Below, piece by piece: positions 26,159 to 36,285 of a DNA stretch of 64,000 nucleotides; within the stretch, counting starts at the first letter, position 1; each line of letters opens with the position of its first letter. The notes beneath the pieces are model-generated. The model made no database searches, had not been told where the DNA came from, and saw only the letters and a program-made list of their open reading frames with translations. The position numbers and the translations under genes are program-made. The stretch is from positions 35,347 through 99,346 of the forward strand of contig CAZKFZ010000001.1 in assembly GCA_964552475.1 (NCBI GenBank), given 5' to 3'. Source of the DNA: an uncultured Candidatus Saccharibacteria bacterium. Lineage in GTDB: Bacteria; Patescibacteriota; Saccharimonadia; CAILAD01; BJGX01.

Positions 26159-27154
26159 GTGGAACTTGTAGACGTACTAGATGAAAGTGGCAAGCCCACT
26201 GGCCAAAAAGCAACCATAGACGAGGTGTGTGACCAAGGTTATTGGCATAGCTCGGTTCACGCCATTATTATTACCAGCGATAATAAAATTGTGGCGCAAA
26301 AACGATCGCGTGAAATTATAATGAACCCCAATCTTATAGAATTATCAGCCGGAGGGGTAGTAAGCGCCGGTGAAAAGCCCGATCAAGCTATTAGGCGAGA
26401 AATAAAAGAGGAACTTGGTATCGATGTATTGGCTAGCGAAGTAATACCAATAAATATAAGAACCTATAATAAACACTACCCCAGACTCAATAAAACTGCT
26501 AAAACATTTTTACACACCTATGTAATAAAATTACAAAAACCAATTGCTCACACCCATTTACAGTCTAGTGAGTCAGCCCAGATTTACTTTTTGACGTTAC
26601 GAAATACTAAAAGACTAGTCAAACTCCATCGTTTAGTAAGAGTAGGTAGAGTTACGCCCTTTTATACCTATTGGAACTTCTCGTTAAATGAAGCCATTAA
26701 ATATATTCACCCAATTGTGCATTTTGTGTGTCGCGGTAATACTTTTAGAAGCCGTTTGGCAGAAGCTTATTTTAATAAAGTAAAAAGTGAGCGAATTAAG
26801 GTAATATCTAGTGGAATACAGGCTAGTGAAAACCAAAATGGGCACATAAGCTACTTGGGTAAATATATACTTAAAAAGCATCATTATAAAAACTACAAAA
26901 AAAGCTGGACCCAAACTACTCAAGCAAACATTGATGCCTCTACGATAGTTATTTTTGTCTCACCTACGGTATTTACTGACGCTCAAGATATGTTCGATTT
27001 GAGCGCCACGAAGTATCAAGTGTGGAGTATACCAGACGTACGCCAAGGTGAATACGCAAATAGCGAGGCCAAGGCAGAGGAAGTGTATAAGATGTTGGTT
27101 GGTAATATTAATAAACTAAAAGATCAAAGAGAGTTTAAGCATTTTCTACTATAA
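26159..27154 (+). CDS. fusion protein: N-terminal Nudix hydrolase plus C-terminal low-molecular-weight phosphotyrosine-phosphatase/ArsC-like domain
   Basis: 331 aa. Nudix box AGGVVSAGEKPDQAIRREIKEELGI. The C-terminal domain carries the P-loop VCRGNTFRSRLAEAYF (C-x5-R, LMW-PTP CxGNxCRS-like) and a downstream SIPDV acid-loop candidate. Confidence 0.65.
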   Translation: MELVDVLDESGKPTGQKATIDEVCDQGYWHSSVHAIIITSDNKIVAQKRSREIIMNPNLIELSAGGVVSAGEKPDQAIRREIKEELGIDVLASEVIPINIRTYNKHYPRLNKTAKTFLHTYVIKLQKPIAHTHLQSSESAQIYFLTLRNTKRLVKLHRLVRVGRVTPFYTYWNFSLNEAIKYIHPIVHFVCRGNTFRSRLAEAYFNKVKSERIKVISSGIQASENQNGHISYLGKYILKKHHYKNYKKSWTQTTQANIDASTIVIFVSPTVFTDAQDMFDLSATKYQVWSIPDVRQGEYANSEAKAEEVYKMLVGNINKLKDQREFKHFLL

Positions 27155-27183
27155 CTAGTAACTCAATAGTATTTTAATGACAC

Positions 27184-28809
27184 CTAGTATCTTATACTAC
27201 TGTATCTGATACCGCTTTCTTTTGGTGGTGTACTGGTGCTATCTACCACCATCCTACTGGCTACATTGTTAAAGACATCGTCAATGACAGCCCAATCCTT
27301 AACTTGACTGCGTGCTAAGTAAGCAATACCAGTTTTAGTACGTGTGCCGCTCCATTTGTTCTTTTTAAATAATATATTTTTTATCTCATACCCTGGCTCA
27401 AGAGTAGGGCGATCTTTTGCATACTTGTCGCCGAGAATAGCCAATTGCTGTACTTGCTCGTTTAGTATGAATGAATTATTTTCAATCCAGAAATTATTTG
27501 CTCTAAAAGACTGAGCCGTGTTGTCTGTGTATGAGTTACTTCGTATTTCAAGTACGGCATTTCTATTGTTACCACCTACAACCGTCATATTTGAGTTGTG
27601 TAGACGCACACTTCTTGCATCACCAACCGAGAAAAGAGCAACCTTTCTATATGATCCACTATCGTTGATATTTATATTATTAAACCCAATATCAACTGAG
27701 CGCTCACCAATATCAACCGGCCAAACTTCATTTAGATTACAACTTGAAGGATTTGCACAACCTTTTGGTATGTAACGTAAATTTATATTCTTAAATGAAC
27801 TTTGAGAAGAGGCCATTTTTATCTCTATAGCACGTCCGGTATACGTAGCATTAATATCAGAAAAAATATTTTTTACTAAGGCGTTCATGGCCATGGGTGT
27901 TACAATATTTTCAAAATCTACTTGCTTAACAAAACAGGCGTAACAAAGACTGCCACCTAGACCAGCCTCGCCACCACGAAAAGTGATACCACTTATTTCT
28001 ACCCACTGAGCAGCTTGCCATGGAATATCTTTACCCATAACATAGCTCCAGAATGGACTTCTTCCTTCTACTTTGCAAATCTGTGGGTTTGGAATAGCAT
28101 TAAGTGCTTTGTCGGCAAACTCTATTTTATTGCCATTAATAGCACGTATTTTATTAAACTGAACAAAGTCTGGTTGCTCGTAATCTCCTACTTTAAAACC
28201 TACCTCAGATCTGATACACGCTATCTCGCCAACAGCTAGCTTGCTAGCTTCATTGCTATTTTTTAGATTGAGTGATGTTGAATCTTTTGCCCAGCTAGTT
28301 TGGGCAACCGCTATATTGGTAAATACTTGATTTCTACCTTGTGCGTCGGTCGCATTTCGCTCATCAAATGCCCACGGGTGCGCTACCCCTAAAAGAATAT
28401 GGGTCATTTTATTTCGTCCATCTGGAGTATTAGGGGCAACATTTACAATAACAGATTGACCACGGGTACCTCTGAACTGCACAAACGACTTCATAATTAA
28501 TGGCCTTGTAATATTATAGGTACCTGGCGGCAATGTAAGTTCTTGGGAGCGGTTAGCGGCTGTGCCCGAGGCCGATACTGTGTCTATTGCTGTTTGTAAA
28601 GCCTCAGTATCGTCGGTAACACCGTTACCTACCGCCCCAAACTCCTTAACAGATCTCGGTGGAGCACTGGCGTTAGTTACAAAAAATACTAGAATGCCCA
28701 AAACAACAACAGTTCCTACTACAAACAAAATTTGCCAAGTCTTGAAACTAAAATTTCTTATAGTGGTTTTTTTATTGGTTCTCTTAGTTCTTTTTTTAGG
28801 CATAATCAC
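27184..28809 (-). CDS. secreted right-handed beta-helix protein (pectate-lyase-superfamily / tailspike-like glycosidase)
   Basis: 541 aa. Basic N-terminus plus TM/signal. VKEFGAVGNGVTDDTEALQTAIDT is the hallmark start of Pectate_lyase_3/GH28-like beta-helix domains. Confidence 0.65.
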   Translation of the reverse strand: MIMPKKRTKRTNKKTTIRNFSFKTWQILFVVGTVVVLGILVFFVTNASAPPRSVKEFGAVGNGVTDDTEALQTAIDTVSASGTAANRSQELTLPPGTYNITRPLIMKSFVQFRGTRGQSVIVNVAPNTPDGRNKMTHILLGVAHPWAFDERNATDAQGRNQVFTNIAVAQTSWAKDSTSLNLKNSNEASKLAVGEIACIRSEVGFKVGDYEQPDFVQFNKIRAINGNKIEFADKALNAIPNPQICKVEGRSPFWSYVMGKDIPWQAAQWVEISGITFRGGEAGLGGSLCYACFVKQVDFENIVTPMAMNALVKNIFSDINATYTGRAIEIKMASSQSSFKNINLRYIPKGCANPSSCNLNEVWPVDIGERSVDIGFNNININDSGSYRKVALFSVGDARSVRLHNSNMTVVGGNNRNAVLEIRSNSYTDNTAQSFRANNFWIENNSFILNEQVQQLAILGDKYAKDRPTLEPGYEIKNILFKKNKWSGTRTKTGIAYLARSQVKDWAVIDDVFNNVASRMVVDSTSTPPKESGIRYSSIRY

Positions 28810-28918
28810 TAGTTTAAGTGTTAGCGTTCTTAAACACTATTGTAGACCAATATATTCACAAGCACAAGTAGTATCGACAAAATAGGGTATAATAGAAGTA
28901 ATAAAAAAGGAGATATTT

Positions 28919-29173
28919 ATGGCCAATAAATCGCAGCGCACCGAAGAATTTAAGGTAAACGGTGAAGACCTACTTAAAAAAGTAAAAAATCTTATTGCCG
29001 AAGGAAATATTAGACGTATTACTATTCGCAACAAAGAAGGGAAAAGTATAGTAGAGCTTCCCCTTACAGTTGGTGTGGTAGGGGCAGTATTGGCGCCCCC
29101 ACTAGCTGCAGTAGGAGCTATTGCTGCTTTAGTAACAGAGTGCACAATTGTTGTGGAGAGAGAAGGTAAATAA
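28919..29173 (+). CDS. DUF4342 domain protein
   Basis: 84 aa. FKVNGEDLLKKVKNLIAEGNIRRITIRNKEGKSIVELPLTVGVVGAVLAPPLAAVGAIAALVTECTIVVER matches DUF4342 throughout. GGAG RBS. Confidence 0.7.
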   Translation: MANKSQRTEEFKVNGEDLLKKVKNLIAEGNIRRITIRNKEGKSIVELPLTVGVVGAVLAPPLAAVGAIAALVTECTIVVEREGK

Positions 29174-29184
29174 ATAAGTTTAGA

Positions 29185-29688
29185 ATGAAGCGGTCGGGGA
29201 AAAATACCAATTCGTCAAAAATCGTCGCTATATTTGTAGTGATTGTAATAATTTTTGCTATTTTTATTGCTTTGGCTATTGGTAGTTTTGTGTTGAGGTA
29301 CTACTCAAGCCCAGCTCTTAGAGATCAACAAAAAGTTACCACCGAAGTCGCTCTAGACATTGAGACCTATCCAGATTCCTATACTTCGTCGGGGTTGCCA
29401 CAATACCCAAATGCTAAACTTACTAATTTAAGCAAAAAAAACTCCACAGCAAAGGATGGTGTAAGTGTATTGCTATACTCTAATGATGCTCCGGCAGTTG
29501 TTGCCAAATATTATGACGAACAGCTAAAATCATTAGGTTGGAGTATGGCAGGATACACTAGTAAATACACAGACATGCCTTATTCACAAGAGTATAAAAA
29601 AGGCGATGAGTCGTTTATTGTCTTGGTTAACTCCTCAGACACTGGTGATTATAAAACTGCAATTTCAATAACCTGGAAAATATTCTAA
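29185..29688 (+). CDS. membrane-anchored hypothetical protein
   Basis: 167 aa. N-terminal TM, extracytoplasmic domain. Confidence 0.5.
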   Translation: MKRSGKNTNSSKIVAIFVVIVIIFAIFIALAIGSFVLRYYSSPALRDQQKVTTEVALDIETYPDSYTSSGLPQYPNAKLTNLSKKNSTAKDGVSVLLYSNDAPAVVAKYYDEQLKSLGWSMAGYTSKYTDMPYSQEYKKGDESFIVLVNSSDTGDYKTAISITWKIF

Positions 29689-29700
29689 TAAAAGGTAGTA

Positions 29701-30528
29701 ATGAGCTTATTTGGTAATTTTGGTGTTCAAACTATAAAGTGGTTGAAATCTATATTCAAGCCACGGCATTTACTTAACATTAAAATTATTGAAGGCCCTG
29801 GTGAGCCAATTGTTTTTTTACATGGCTTAGCGAGCAATATCGAGTTTTGGAATAATGTTGTAGAACCACTAAGAGGTCGGCACAAGATGGTGCTTGTAGA
29901 TTTGCTGGGTTTTGGTGCATCGCCTCGTCCTACCGATAGTGAATATACGGTAGATGATCATGTAGATGCTATTGTGCATACACTTAAAAAAGCGCACATA
30001 TGGCAAAGGTCTATAATAGTGTCGCATTCAATGGGAGGAATTATTGCAGCACGTTTCGCAGTTCGTTTTCCAGACAAAGTGAAAAATATGCTACTTTGCA
30101 GTATTCCAATTTATAAGCGATCTGAGCTTAACGATAAAAAACTTCTACAATGGCAGAGTACATCTGACGAGCTATACTTTAAAGCTTATAGAAAGTTACG
30201 AGCCAACCCAGACTGGGCCATTAAAGGCTCTGATATGCTGAAAAAACTAAATATTAAAGGTATGGATGTAACCACAGAAAGTTGGCCGGCTTTTCATGAG
30301 AGCCTACATAACACTATTGAGAAACAACGTACTAGTACTGATCTTGCAGGCCTTCACATCCCTATCAAAATTATTTACGGTAGATTTGACGTTTTGGTAG
30401 TGAGTCGTAATATTACAGCTTTGAGTAAAAACCACGCCAATATAACTGTTCGAAAAATTAATGCTGGCCACGAGCTAACACCAGGATTTAGTAAAATAAT
30501 TGTGGGTGAAATAGAAAAAATCATTTAA
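29701..30528 (+). CDS. alpha/beta hydrolase
   Basis: 275 aa. VFLHGL...VSHSMGG (GxSxG). C-terminal GHEL region typical of the fold. Confidence 0.7.
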   Translation: MSLFGNFGVQTIKWLKSIFKPRHLLNIKIIEGPGEPIVFLHGLASNIEFWNNVVEPLRGRHKMVLVDLLGFGASPRPTDSEYTVDDHVDAIVHTLKKAHIWQRSIIVSHSMGGIIAARFAVRFPDKVKNMLLCSIPIYKRSELNDKKLLQWQSTSDELYFKAYRKLRANPDWAIKGSDMLKKLNIKGMDVTTESWPAFHESLHNTIEKQRTSTDLAGLHIPIKIIYGRFDVLVVSRNITALSKNHANITVRKINAGHELTPGFSKIIVGEIEKII

Positions 30529-30542
30529 GCTATAATGTATAT

Positions 30543-32120
30543 ATGATTACACTAAGCAAATCTGAATATATAATGTATCTTAAGCATCCGGCGTGGTTGT
30601 GGCTAAAAAAACATGACAAAAAAATGTTGCCAGAAGTTGACGACAACCTACAGGCGCGTTTTGATGCCGGTAATTTGTTTGAAGAGTATGCCGAGAAACG
30701 TTTCAAAGATGTTTTACGAGTTGGTTTTAATGGCTATCAAGAATATTCGAGTATGCCCGAGCGTACCCAAAAGGCTCTCAAAGATGGCGCCAAAACACTA
30801 TCTCAAGGTAGATTTGAGGCTAATTTTGCTGGTGAGCAGATTACTTGTATTGTAGACATTGTTGAGTTGGTGGGGGATAAAACCTTCGATTTGTATGAGA
30901 TAAAATCTAGCACCAAAGTAAAGCCCGAACATATTGACGACCTGGCTTTTCAGGTAGTTGTGCTAGAGAGCGCCGGTTACAGCGTGAGAAATATTGGTGT
31001 AGTTTATTGCAATAACCAATATGTGCGTAGTGGCGCGCTAGATGAGCTCTCGCTGAGCGTAAAACAAGATGTAACTAGCAAGGTAGAACAAAAGCTTGAG
31101 TCTACCAAACGTAATATTGAGGCCGCACTAACGGTAGTTGGGGCTAGCGACATGCCAGACCCTACGCCTCGTCGCACCAAGATGGGGGCTATTAAAGACT
31201 GGTTAGAAATATATTTAGCCCTTAGACCCACTCAAGATAAATACTCTATTTACAATCTATGCTCGGCCGCGGCCGAACAATTGGGGCAACTAGAAGATTT
31301 GCATATTAGTAGTATTGCCGATATTCCAGATAATTTTGCTCTAAAACCCAAACAAAAAAGACAAGTAGAAGCTACCAAGCAAGCCAGCCCAATCGTAAAT
31401 ATTGCTAAAATTAAAAAATTTATAAATTCTTTGCAGTATCCATTGTACTTTTTAGACTACGAAACCCTCAGCTCTATCGTGCCGCCCTTTGATGGGCTCA
31501 AGCCGTTTGATCAACTACCCTTTCAGTACTCACTACACATTATACAAGAGCCAGGCGGCGATTTGTTGCACAAAGAGTTTTTGCATACACTCGCTACCAA
31601 CCCAGTACCAGAGCTGCTACAACAATTGCAAGCCGACATTGGTGAGTCTGGCACAGTTTTGGTATGGTGGGAGGGCTTTGAGAAGAGCTGTAATGAGCTA
31701 ATGGGTAAACTTATGCCCGAGCACCTTACTTTTTTAGAAGATGTTAATAGTCGAGTAATTGACTTAATGAAACCATTTAGTGAAGGTTACTATATAGATC
31801 GCGATTTTATGGGCTCGGCTAGTATCAAAAATGTTCTGCCAGTAATTGCGCCCGAACTAAGCTACAAAGACCTAGACATACAAGAGGGTGGCTCGGCCCA
31901 AAGACTATGGATGCAAGCCGTTTACGAAGATAAGTTCGACCAATCAGAGAAAGCAAAGCTAATGGAGAGCTTACGGCAGTATTGCGAGCTAGACACCTAC
32001 GCAATGGTACGAATTTTTGAGTTTTTAGTTGCCTTAGATGTTGGTGGTACTAAACCTAGAGGTGACTCTAGTGTAGGTCAAGTTACTAATCAAGATTTTG
32101 AACAACAACAGCTCTTTTAG
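30543..32120 (+). CDS. DUF2779-family protein (PD-(D/E)xK nuclease-like N-terminus plus C-terminal domain)
   Basis: 525 aa. LSKSEYIMYLKHPAWLWL start, DIVELVGDKTFDLYEIKSS (D...EIK nuclease-like motif), and C-terminal YPLYFLDYETLSSIVPPFDGLKPFDQLPFQYSLHI, all characteristic of DUF2779. Confidence 0.5.
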   Translation: MITLSKSEYIMYLKHPAWLWLKKHDKKMLPEVDDNLQARFDAGNLFEEYAEKRFKDVLRVGFNGYQEYSSMPERTQKALKDGAKTLSQGRFEANFAGEQITCIVDIVELVGDKTFDLYEIKSSTKVKPEHIDDLAFQVVVLESAGYSVRNIGVVYCNNQYVRSGALDELSLSVKQDVTSKVEQKLESTKRNIEAALTVVGASDMPDPTPRRTKMGAIKDWLEIYLALRPTQDKYSIYNLCSAAAEQLGQLEDLHISSIADIPDNFALKPKQKRQVEATKQASPIVNIAKIKKFINSLQYPLYFLDYETLSSIVPPFDGLKPFDQLPFQYSLHIIQEPGGDLLHKEFLHTLATNPVPELLQQLQADIGESGTVLVWWEGFEKSCNELMGKLMPEHLTFLEDVNSRVIDLMKPFSEGYYIDRDFMGSASIKNVLPVIAPELSYKDLDIQEGGSAQRLWMQAVYEDKFDQSEKAKLMESLRQYCELDTYAMVRIFEFLVALDVGGTKPRGDSSVGQVTNQDFEQQQLF

Positions 32121-32205
32121 TATTTAAAACACTACGTAAGCAAAATGAATTAAAACTATTGTAAACTTATGCGAGTTGTGACATAATAATAAGCAATTAG
32201 TAACG

Positions 32206-32240
32206 CAAGCGCGATATAATTGTCGCGCTGTTATTTTTTA
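32206..32240 (+). promoter_or_regulatory. palindromic element upstream of typA (terminator of the upstream gene, or operator overlapping a -10-like box)
   Basis: AGCGCG-atataattgt-CGCGCT followed by GTTATTTTTT. The loop contains a TATAAT. Confidence 0.35.
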
Positions 32241-32247
32241 GATTATT

Positions 32248-34074
32248 ATGAGTGACCAGACCCAAGACCCTCAAAAAATACGCAATATCGCCATTATTGC
32301 TCACGTAGACCATGGAAAAACCACCTTGGTAGATGGGTTATTAAAGCAATCGCAAACTTTTAGAGACAACCAAGCCGAAATGAGCCAAAGTCTCATAATG
32401 GACAGTGGCGACCAAGAGCGCGAGCGTGGCATTACTATTACTGCTAAAACTACTGCAGTGGTTCACGATCGCTATAGAATAAACATCATCGATACGCCTG
32501 GCCACGCTGATTTTAGTGGCGAGGTAGAACGTACCCTAAATATGGCCGACGGTTGTTTGCTAATAGTCGATGCCCAAGAAGGACCAATGCCACAAACCAA
32601 GTTTGTATTGCAAAAGGCTTTAGTGGGTAATCTTAAACCCATAGTAGTAATTAATAAAATAGATAAGCCAGGTAGTAGAGTAGCTGAGGTAGAAGAAGAG
32701 CTTGCCGACTTATTTCTAGAACTTGCCGTGCACGAAGATCAACTGCATTACCCTGTGTATTATGCTATAAGTCGTGAGGGTAAGGCTTGGCATGAGATCC
32801 CTAGTGACGTTAACACAGAGGCCAATTTAGATGTGTTATTTGATGCTATTGTAGAGCAGGTGCCAGCCCCAAAAGTAGAGTTAGATGGGCCTTTTCAAAT
32901 GCTTGTAACAGCACTGCGCTGGGATAACTTCAAAGGGAAATATGCTATTGGTAGAGTAAATAGGGGTAGCGTAAAGCCAGGTGAGGGAGTTGTGCTGTGT
33001 AAAAAAGACGGTTCGAAAACCAAAACTAGCATCGACAATGTATTTATAAGTAGAGGTCTTACCAGTGTAGAAGCCAAGGTCGCAATTGCTGGTGATATTG
33101 TACAGCTTACAGGTGTAGCCGATGCTCAAATTGGCGAAACTATTGCCGATATTAATAAACCCCAAGCTCTGCCAGTGCTAGAGGTAGAAGCCCCAACTCT
33201 CAAAATATATATAGGCCCCAACACTAGCCCTGTAAAAGGCACAGAAGGCGAGTTTACTACGTCACGCCAAATAGGCGATAGGCTACAAAAAGAACTCGAA
33301 ACCAATGTGGGCTTGCAAATAGAGCCAAGCGATATTGGGTATTTGGTGAGCGGTAGGGGCGAGCTGCACCTAAGCGTGCTTATTGAATCGCTAAGACGAG
33401 AAGGATTTGAGTTAGAGGTGGGTCGCCCGCAAGTGGTAACCAAACAAGAAGACGGCAAAACTATGGAGCCTGTAGAGGAGCTGATTATTGAAGTTCCGCC
33501 AGAAAATGTGGGTACAGTTCAAATGGAGTTGGGTACCCGTAGAGCCACACTAAAAGAACAATTTAGTAGCTCAAAAGGCGTATCAAAACTCGTGTACGAA
33601 CTACCTACTCGCGCGCTTCTTGGTCTGCGTAATGTACTAATGACTACCACTAAAGGTGCTGCGGTAATAAATAGTCTAATGATAGGTTACACCGAGCAGA
33701 CACCGGCACTCAAACAACTACGTAATGGTGCGCTTATATCTTTTGAGGCCGGTAGCGCCACAGCTTACTCACTACAAAAAGTAGAGGAGCGTGGTACATG
33801 TTTTGTAGAGCCAGGCCAAAAAGTCTATGCTGGGCAAATAATTGGTCTTAATAACCGCAGTGAAGATATGGAAATTAACATCTGTAAGGGTAAACAACTA
33901 ACCAATATGCGTACTAGCTCTAGTGACGGAGTGGTACAACTTATGCCAGCGGTAAAAATGAGCTTAGAGGAATGTATTGATTTTATAGAAGACGATGAAC
34001 TTTTAGAGGTCACACCAAAGTCGTTACGACTACGTAAGCGCGAACTCGACCCCAACAAGCGCAAACGCAAATAG
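32248..34074 (+). CDS. typA: translational GTPase TypA/BipA
   Basis: 608 aa. [20 protein letters not shown] (G1), DTPGHADF (G3), NKIDKP (G4). Collinear with BipA over its whole length. Confidence 0.9.
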   Translation: MSDQTQDPQKIRNIAIIAHVDHGKTTLVDGLLKQSQTFRDNQAEMSQSLIMDSGDQERERGITITAKTTAVVHDRYRINIIDTPGHADFSGEVERTLNMADGCLLIVDAQEGPMPQTKFVLQKALVGNLKPIVVINKIDKPGSRVAEVEEELADLFLELAVHEDQLHYPVYYAISREGKAWHEIPSDVNTEANLDVLFDAIVEQVPAPKVELDGPFQMLVTALRWDNFKGKYAIGRVNRGSVKPGEGVVLCKKDGSKTKTSIDNVFISRGLTSVEAKVAIAGDIVQLTGVADAQIGETIADINKPQALPVLEVEAPTLKIYIGPNTSPVKGTEGEFTTSRQIGDRLQKELETNVGLQIEPSDIGYLVSGRGELHLSVLIESLRREGFELEVGRPQVVTKQEDGKTMEPVEELIIEVPPENVGTVQMELGTRRATLKEQFSSSKGVSKLVYELPTRALLGLRNVLMTTTKGAAVINSLMIGYTEQTPALKQLRNGALISFEAGSATAYSLQKVEERGTCFVEPGQKVYAGQIIGLNNRSEDMEINICKGKQLTNMRTSSSDGVVQLMPAVKMSLEECIDFIEDDELLEVTPKSLRLRKRELDPNKRKRK

Positions 34075-34158
34075 TAATTATATATATTCTTATGCTTGAG
34101 TTTTACAGGAGTTTAGTTTAAAGTTGGTTTGTCTATATTAATTATCGGAAGGCTACCG

Positions 34159-34557
34159 ATGAGCAGTGACGACGTAGTAAAAGTTTGGGACAATACTGGT
34201 GGCGAGAGTCCAGACGAAAAACCACATAACTGGAGTCACGCAAAGACCCCTTGGCCAACTGGTCCATTTGACGGAATAGAGTACCTTTTTCCACCTGATG
34301 ACCCAAGGAGTAGGATACTTTTACGTGCAAAACAAAGAATGGACCTTGGCGATAAAGGTAGATGGGTGTTAGTAGAAGAGTTTGAAATTACTGCGATTCT
34401 GAATCTTAGGATTTGTCGTAGTTCTCATACATTTGCTCCAGCAGAATTAGATCTAACACATGACTTTACTGCATACTGTGTATTGCAAGCTGGTCACGCC
34501 GGTCATCATAGTAACGGCACTCTACGTTGGAGACCCCAACTGATTGTAGTCACTTAA
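34159..34557 (+). CDS. hypothetical protein
   Basis: The ORF track gives 34129-34557. The start at 34159 (MSSDDVV) is preferred because a GGAAGG RBS sits 6 nt upstream. No recognisable domain. Confidence 0.4.
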   Translation: MSSDDVVKVWDNTGGESPDEKPHNWSHAKTPWPTGPFDGIEYLFPPDDPRSRILLRAKQRMDLGDKGRWVLVEEFEITAILNLRICRSSHTFAPAELDLTHDFTAYCVLQAGHAGHHSNGTLRWRPQLIVVT

Positions 34558-34568
34558 GTTATAAACAG

Positions 34569-34595
34569 CTTACCACTTCGGTAGGCTCTTTTAAT
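34569..34595 (+). terminator. rho-independent terminator
   Basis: AGCTTACC-acttc-GGTAGGCT (one G-U pair) followed by CTTTT. Confidence 0.5.
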
Positions 34596-35757
34596 TGCCT
34601 ACAATGTAGAGTTCTTCTTCGGCGCGAGTTACTGCAGTGTAGAGCCAACGACGCCAGTCGTCGTCGCTCATTTGTGAAAATCTTTCTTCAAAAAGCAGCA
34701 CTCTTTGAGCCTGCGAGCCTTGAGCCTTGTGTACCGTAAGAGCATAACCAAAATCAAATAAGCCAATAAGGTCGGTTTTTTTACGCTTAGGCAAACGCGA
34801 CATGGTATTTAGTGCACCAAACTGCTCACGTGGTGCGTAGCCTTCAAACTTTGTTCCATCAAAATTGGCCTGCAGATACCACCATTGTTTTTTAATATCG
34901 TCATCGGCTTCGCCGATATATTTTATTACCCCAACTTGACCGTTACTAAGACCACTCTCGCGACTATTTCGCAAGCATACAATAGTGTCGCCAACCATAG
35001 GATTTGGCGACTCAAACTCTTTTAATTCTCTTATGTAGCTGTTGAGTTTTTGACGAGTATGATTGTAGCCACATAGCACTAAGCTGTCGTCGCCATGCCG
35101 GCGCAAAATCTCTTCTACAATCTCGCCAGTTTCACTATTCGATTTTTGTAATTTTTTAACTACTGGAGAGTAATTGGCTACCATTACCTCGCCATTTATA
35201 CGAGCATTGGTAGCAATCTTAATTATTGGGCTAGTGGCCGATTGTCTAAAGATTTGTTCTAAGCGAATTTGGGGCTCGGCCATAAGGTTGAAATCTGAGT
35301 TTATTGGGGGCAATTGTCCGTGATCACCAACAGCAAGTATAGGTATGCCAAAACTTAGCAAATCTTGCCATATGTCTTGGCCAATCATGCTGGCCTCATC
35401 AGCAATTATAAGGTCGTACTTAAGGCTTTCGCGCTTACGCCAACTAACAGGCTGATCTTTTTTAGAGTTTGAGTAATACATAAGCCCATGAATTGTAGAT
35501 ATAGAATCAACTCTTTTAGTAGCTTTTTGTGCTCGTAAGTGCTTTTTAAGTACCTGAGTAGCTTTACCAGTATAGGCAACAAAAGCCAAACGCATATCGG
35601 GCCGGTTCTTAGCGAGTATCTCGCGCAAAGCCGCAATAAGCGTGGTCTTGCCGGTACCAGCATAACCGCCTAGCGTTAAAAAGGGCTGGTCTTTTGATTT
35701 GAGCCAAGTGCCAATAGCACCCAAGGCCTCAGCTTGTTGAGTAGAAAGTTTTTGCAT
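34591..35757 (-). CDS. RecD/Pif1-like SF1 ATP-dependent DNA helicase
   Basis: 388 aa. Walker A GGYAGTGKTT, LIIADEASM (motif II) and C-terminal ALTVHKAQGSQAQRVLL (UvrD_C_2-like). Confidence 0.75.
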   Translation of the reverse strand: MQKLSTQQAEALGAIGTWLKSKDQPFLTLGGYAGTGKTTLIAALREILAKNRPDMRLAFVAYTGKATQVLKKHLRAQKATKRVDSISTIHGLMYYSNSKKDQPVSWRKRESLKYDLIIADEASMIGQDIWQDLLSFGIPILAVGDHGQLPPINSDFNLMAEPQIRLEQIFRQSATSPIIKIATNARINGEVMVANYSPVVKKLQKSNSETGEIVEEILRRHGDDSLVLCGYNHTRQKLNSYIRELKEFESPNPMVGDTIVCLRNSRESGLSNGQVGVIKYIGEADDDIKKQWWYLQANFDGTKFEGYAPREQFGALNTMSRLPKRKKTDLIGLFDFGYALTVHKAQGSQAQRVLLFEERFSQMSDDDWRRWLYTAVTRAEEELYIVGN

Positions 35758-35810
35758 TGAGTTTCTATTGTATCAGAAACTTTTAGATGCAGTTTGAAAT
35801 AATGTATATC

Positions 35811-36191
35811 CTAGTGTTGTTCGTGGGGGTCGGCCATGGCATCGGCTTTGGTGGCGTGAACGGTGCCGTCAGGGTGTTCGGGTGGTGAGTAAATAGTGTA
35901 GAGTTTGAGCTTGTCGTCGCCAGTATTTACAATATTGTGTTCTACGCCTGCCGGAATAATTACACAGCTACCATCTTCTAATACTGATTCCTCGCCGTTT
36001 AAGATAGCCTTAGCACTGCCTTTATCTACTCTTATAAACTGATCGTGCTCTGGGTGAGTTTCTAGGCCAATTTCTTCTCCTGCTTCTAGGCTCATCACCA
36101 CAAGTTGCATGTTTTTGGCGGTGTAAAGTACCTTGCGAAAATTGTCGTTTTCGAGAGTATCCTTTTCTATATTAGTTACAAATCCAGTCAT
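35811..36191 (-). CDS. cupin-domain protein
   Basis: 126 aa. GLETHPEHDQFIRVDKG...IIPAGVEHNIVN is a two-motif cupin signature. Confidence 0.7.
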   Translation of the reverse strand: MTGFVTNIEKDTLENDNFRKVLYTAKNMQLVVMSLEAGEEIGLETHPEHDQFIRVDKGSAKAILNGEESVLEDGSCVIIPAGVEHNIVNTGDDKLKLYTIYSPPEHPDGTVHATKADAMADPHEQH

Positions 36192-36285
36192 AATTGTACT
36201 CCTTATTTATCTATACTAATTATACCACAGCCTTGGTAATAGAACTTGTGCTACAATAACTAAATAAAACTAATGGAGGGTAATT

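Noticed and set aside
32214-32223. TATAAT inside the loop of the palindrome upstream of typA, considered as the typA promoter -10 box
   Set aside because: No acceptable -35 hexamer at 16-18 nt spacing (best is AGCAAT). Kept as an ambiguous regulatory element or terminator instead of a promoter call.
34142-34330. 62-aa minus-strand ORF overlapping the 5' end of the 34159-34557 gene
   Set aside because: Short, with no RBS and an unprotein-like translation. The plus-strand frame has a GGAAGG RBS and a terminator.
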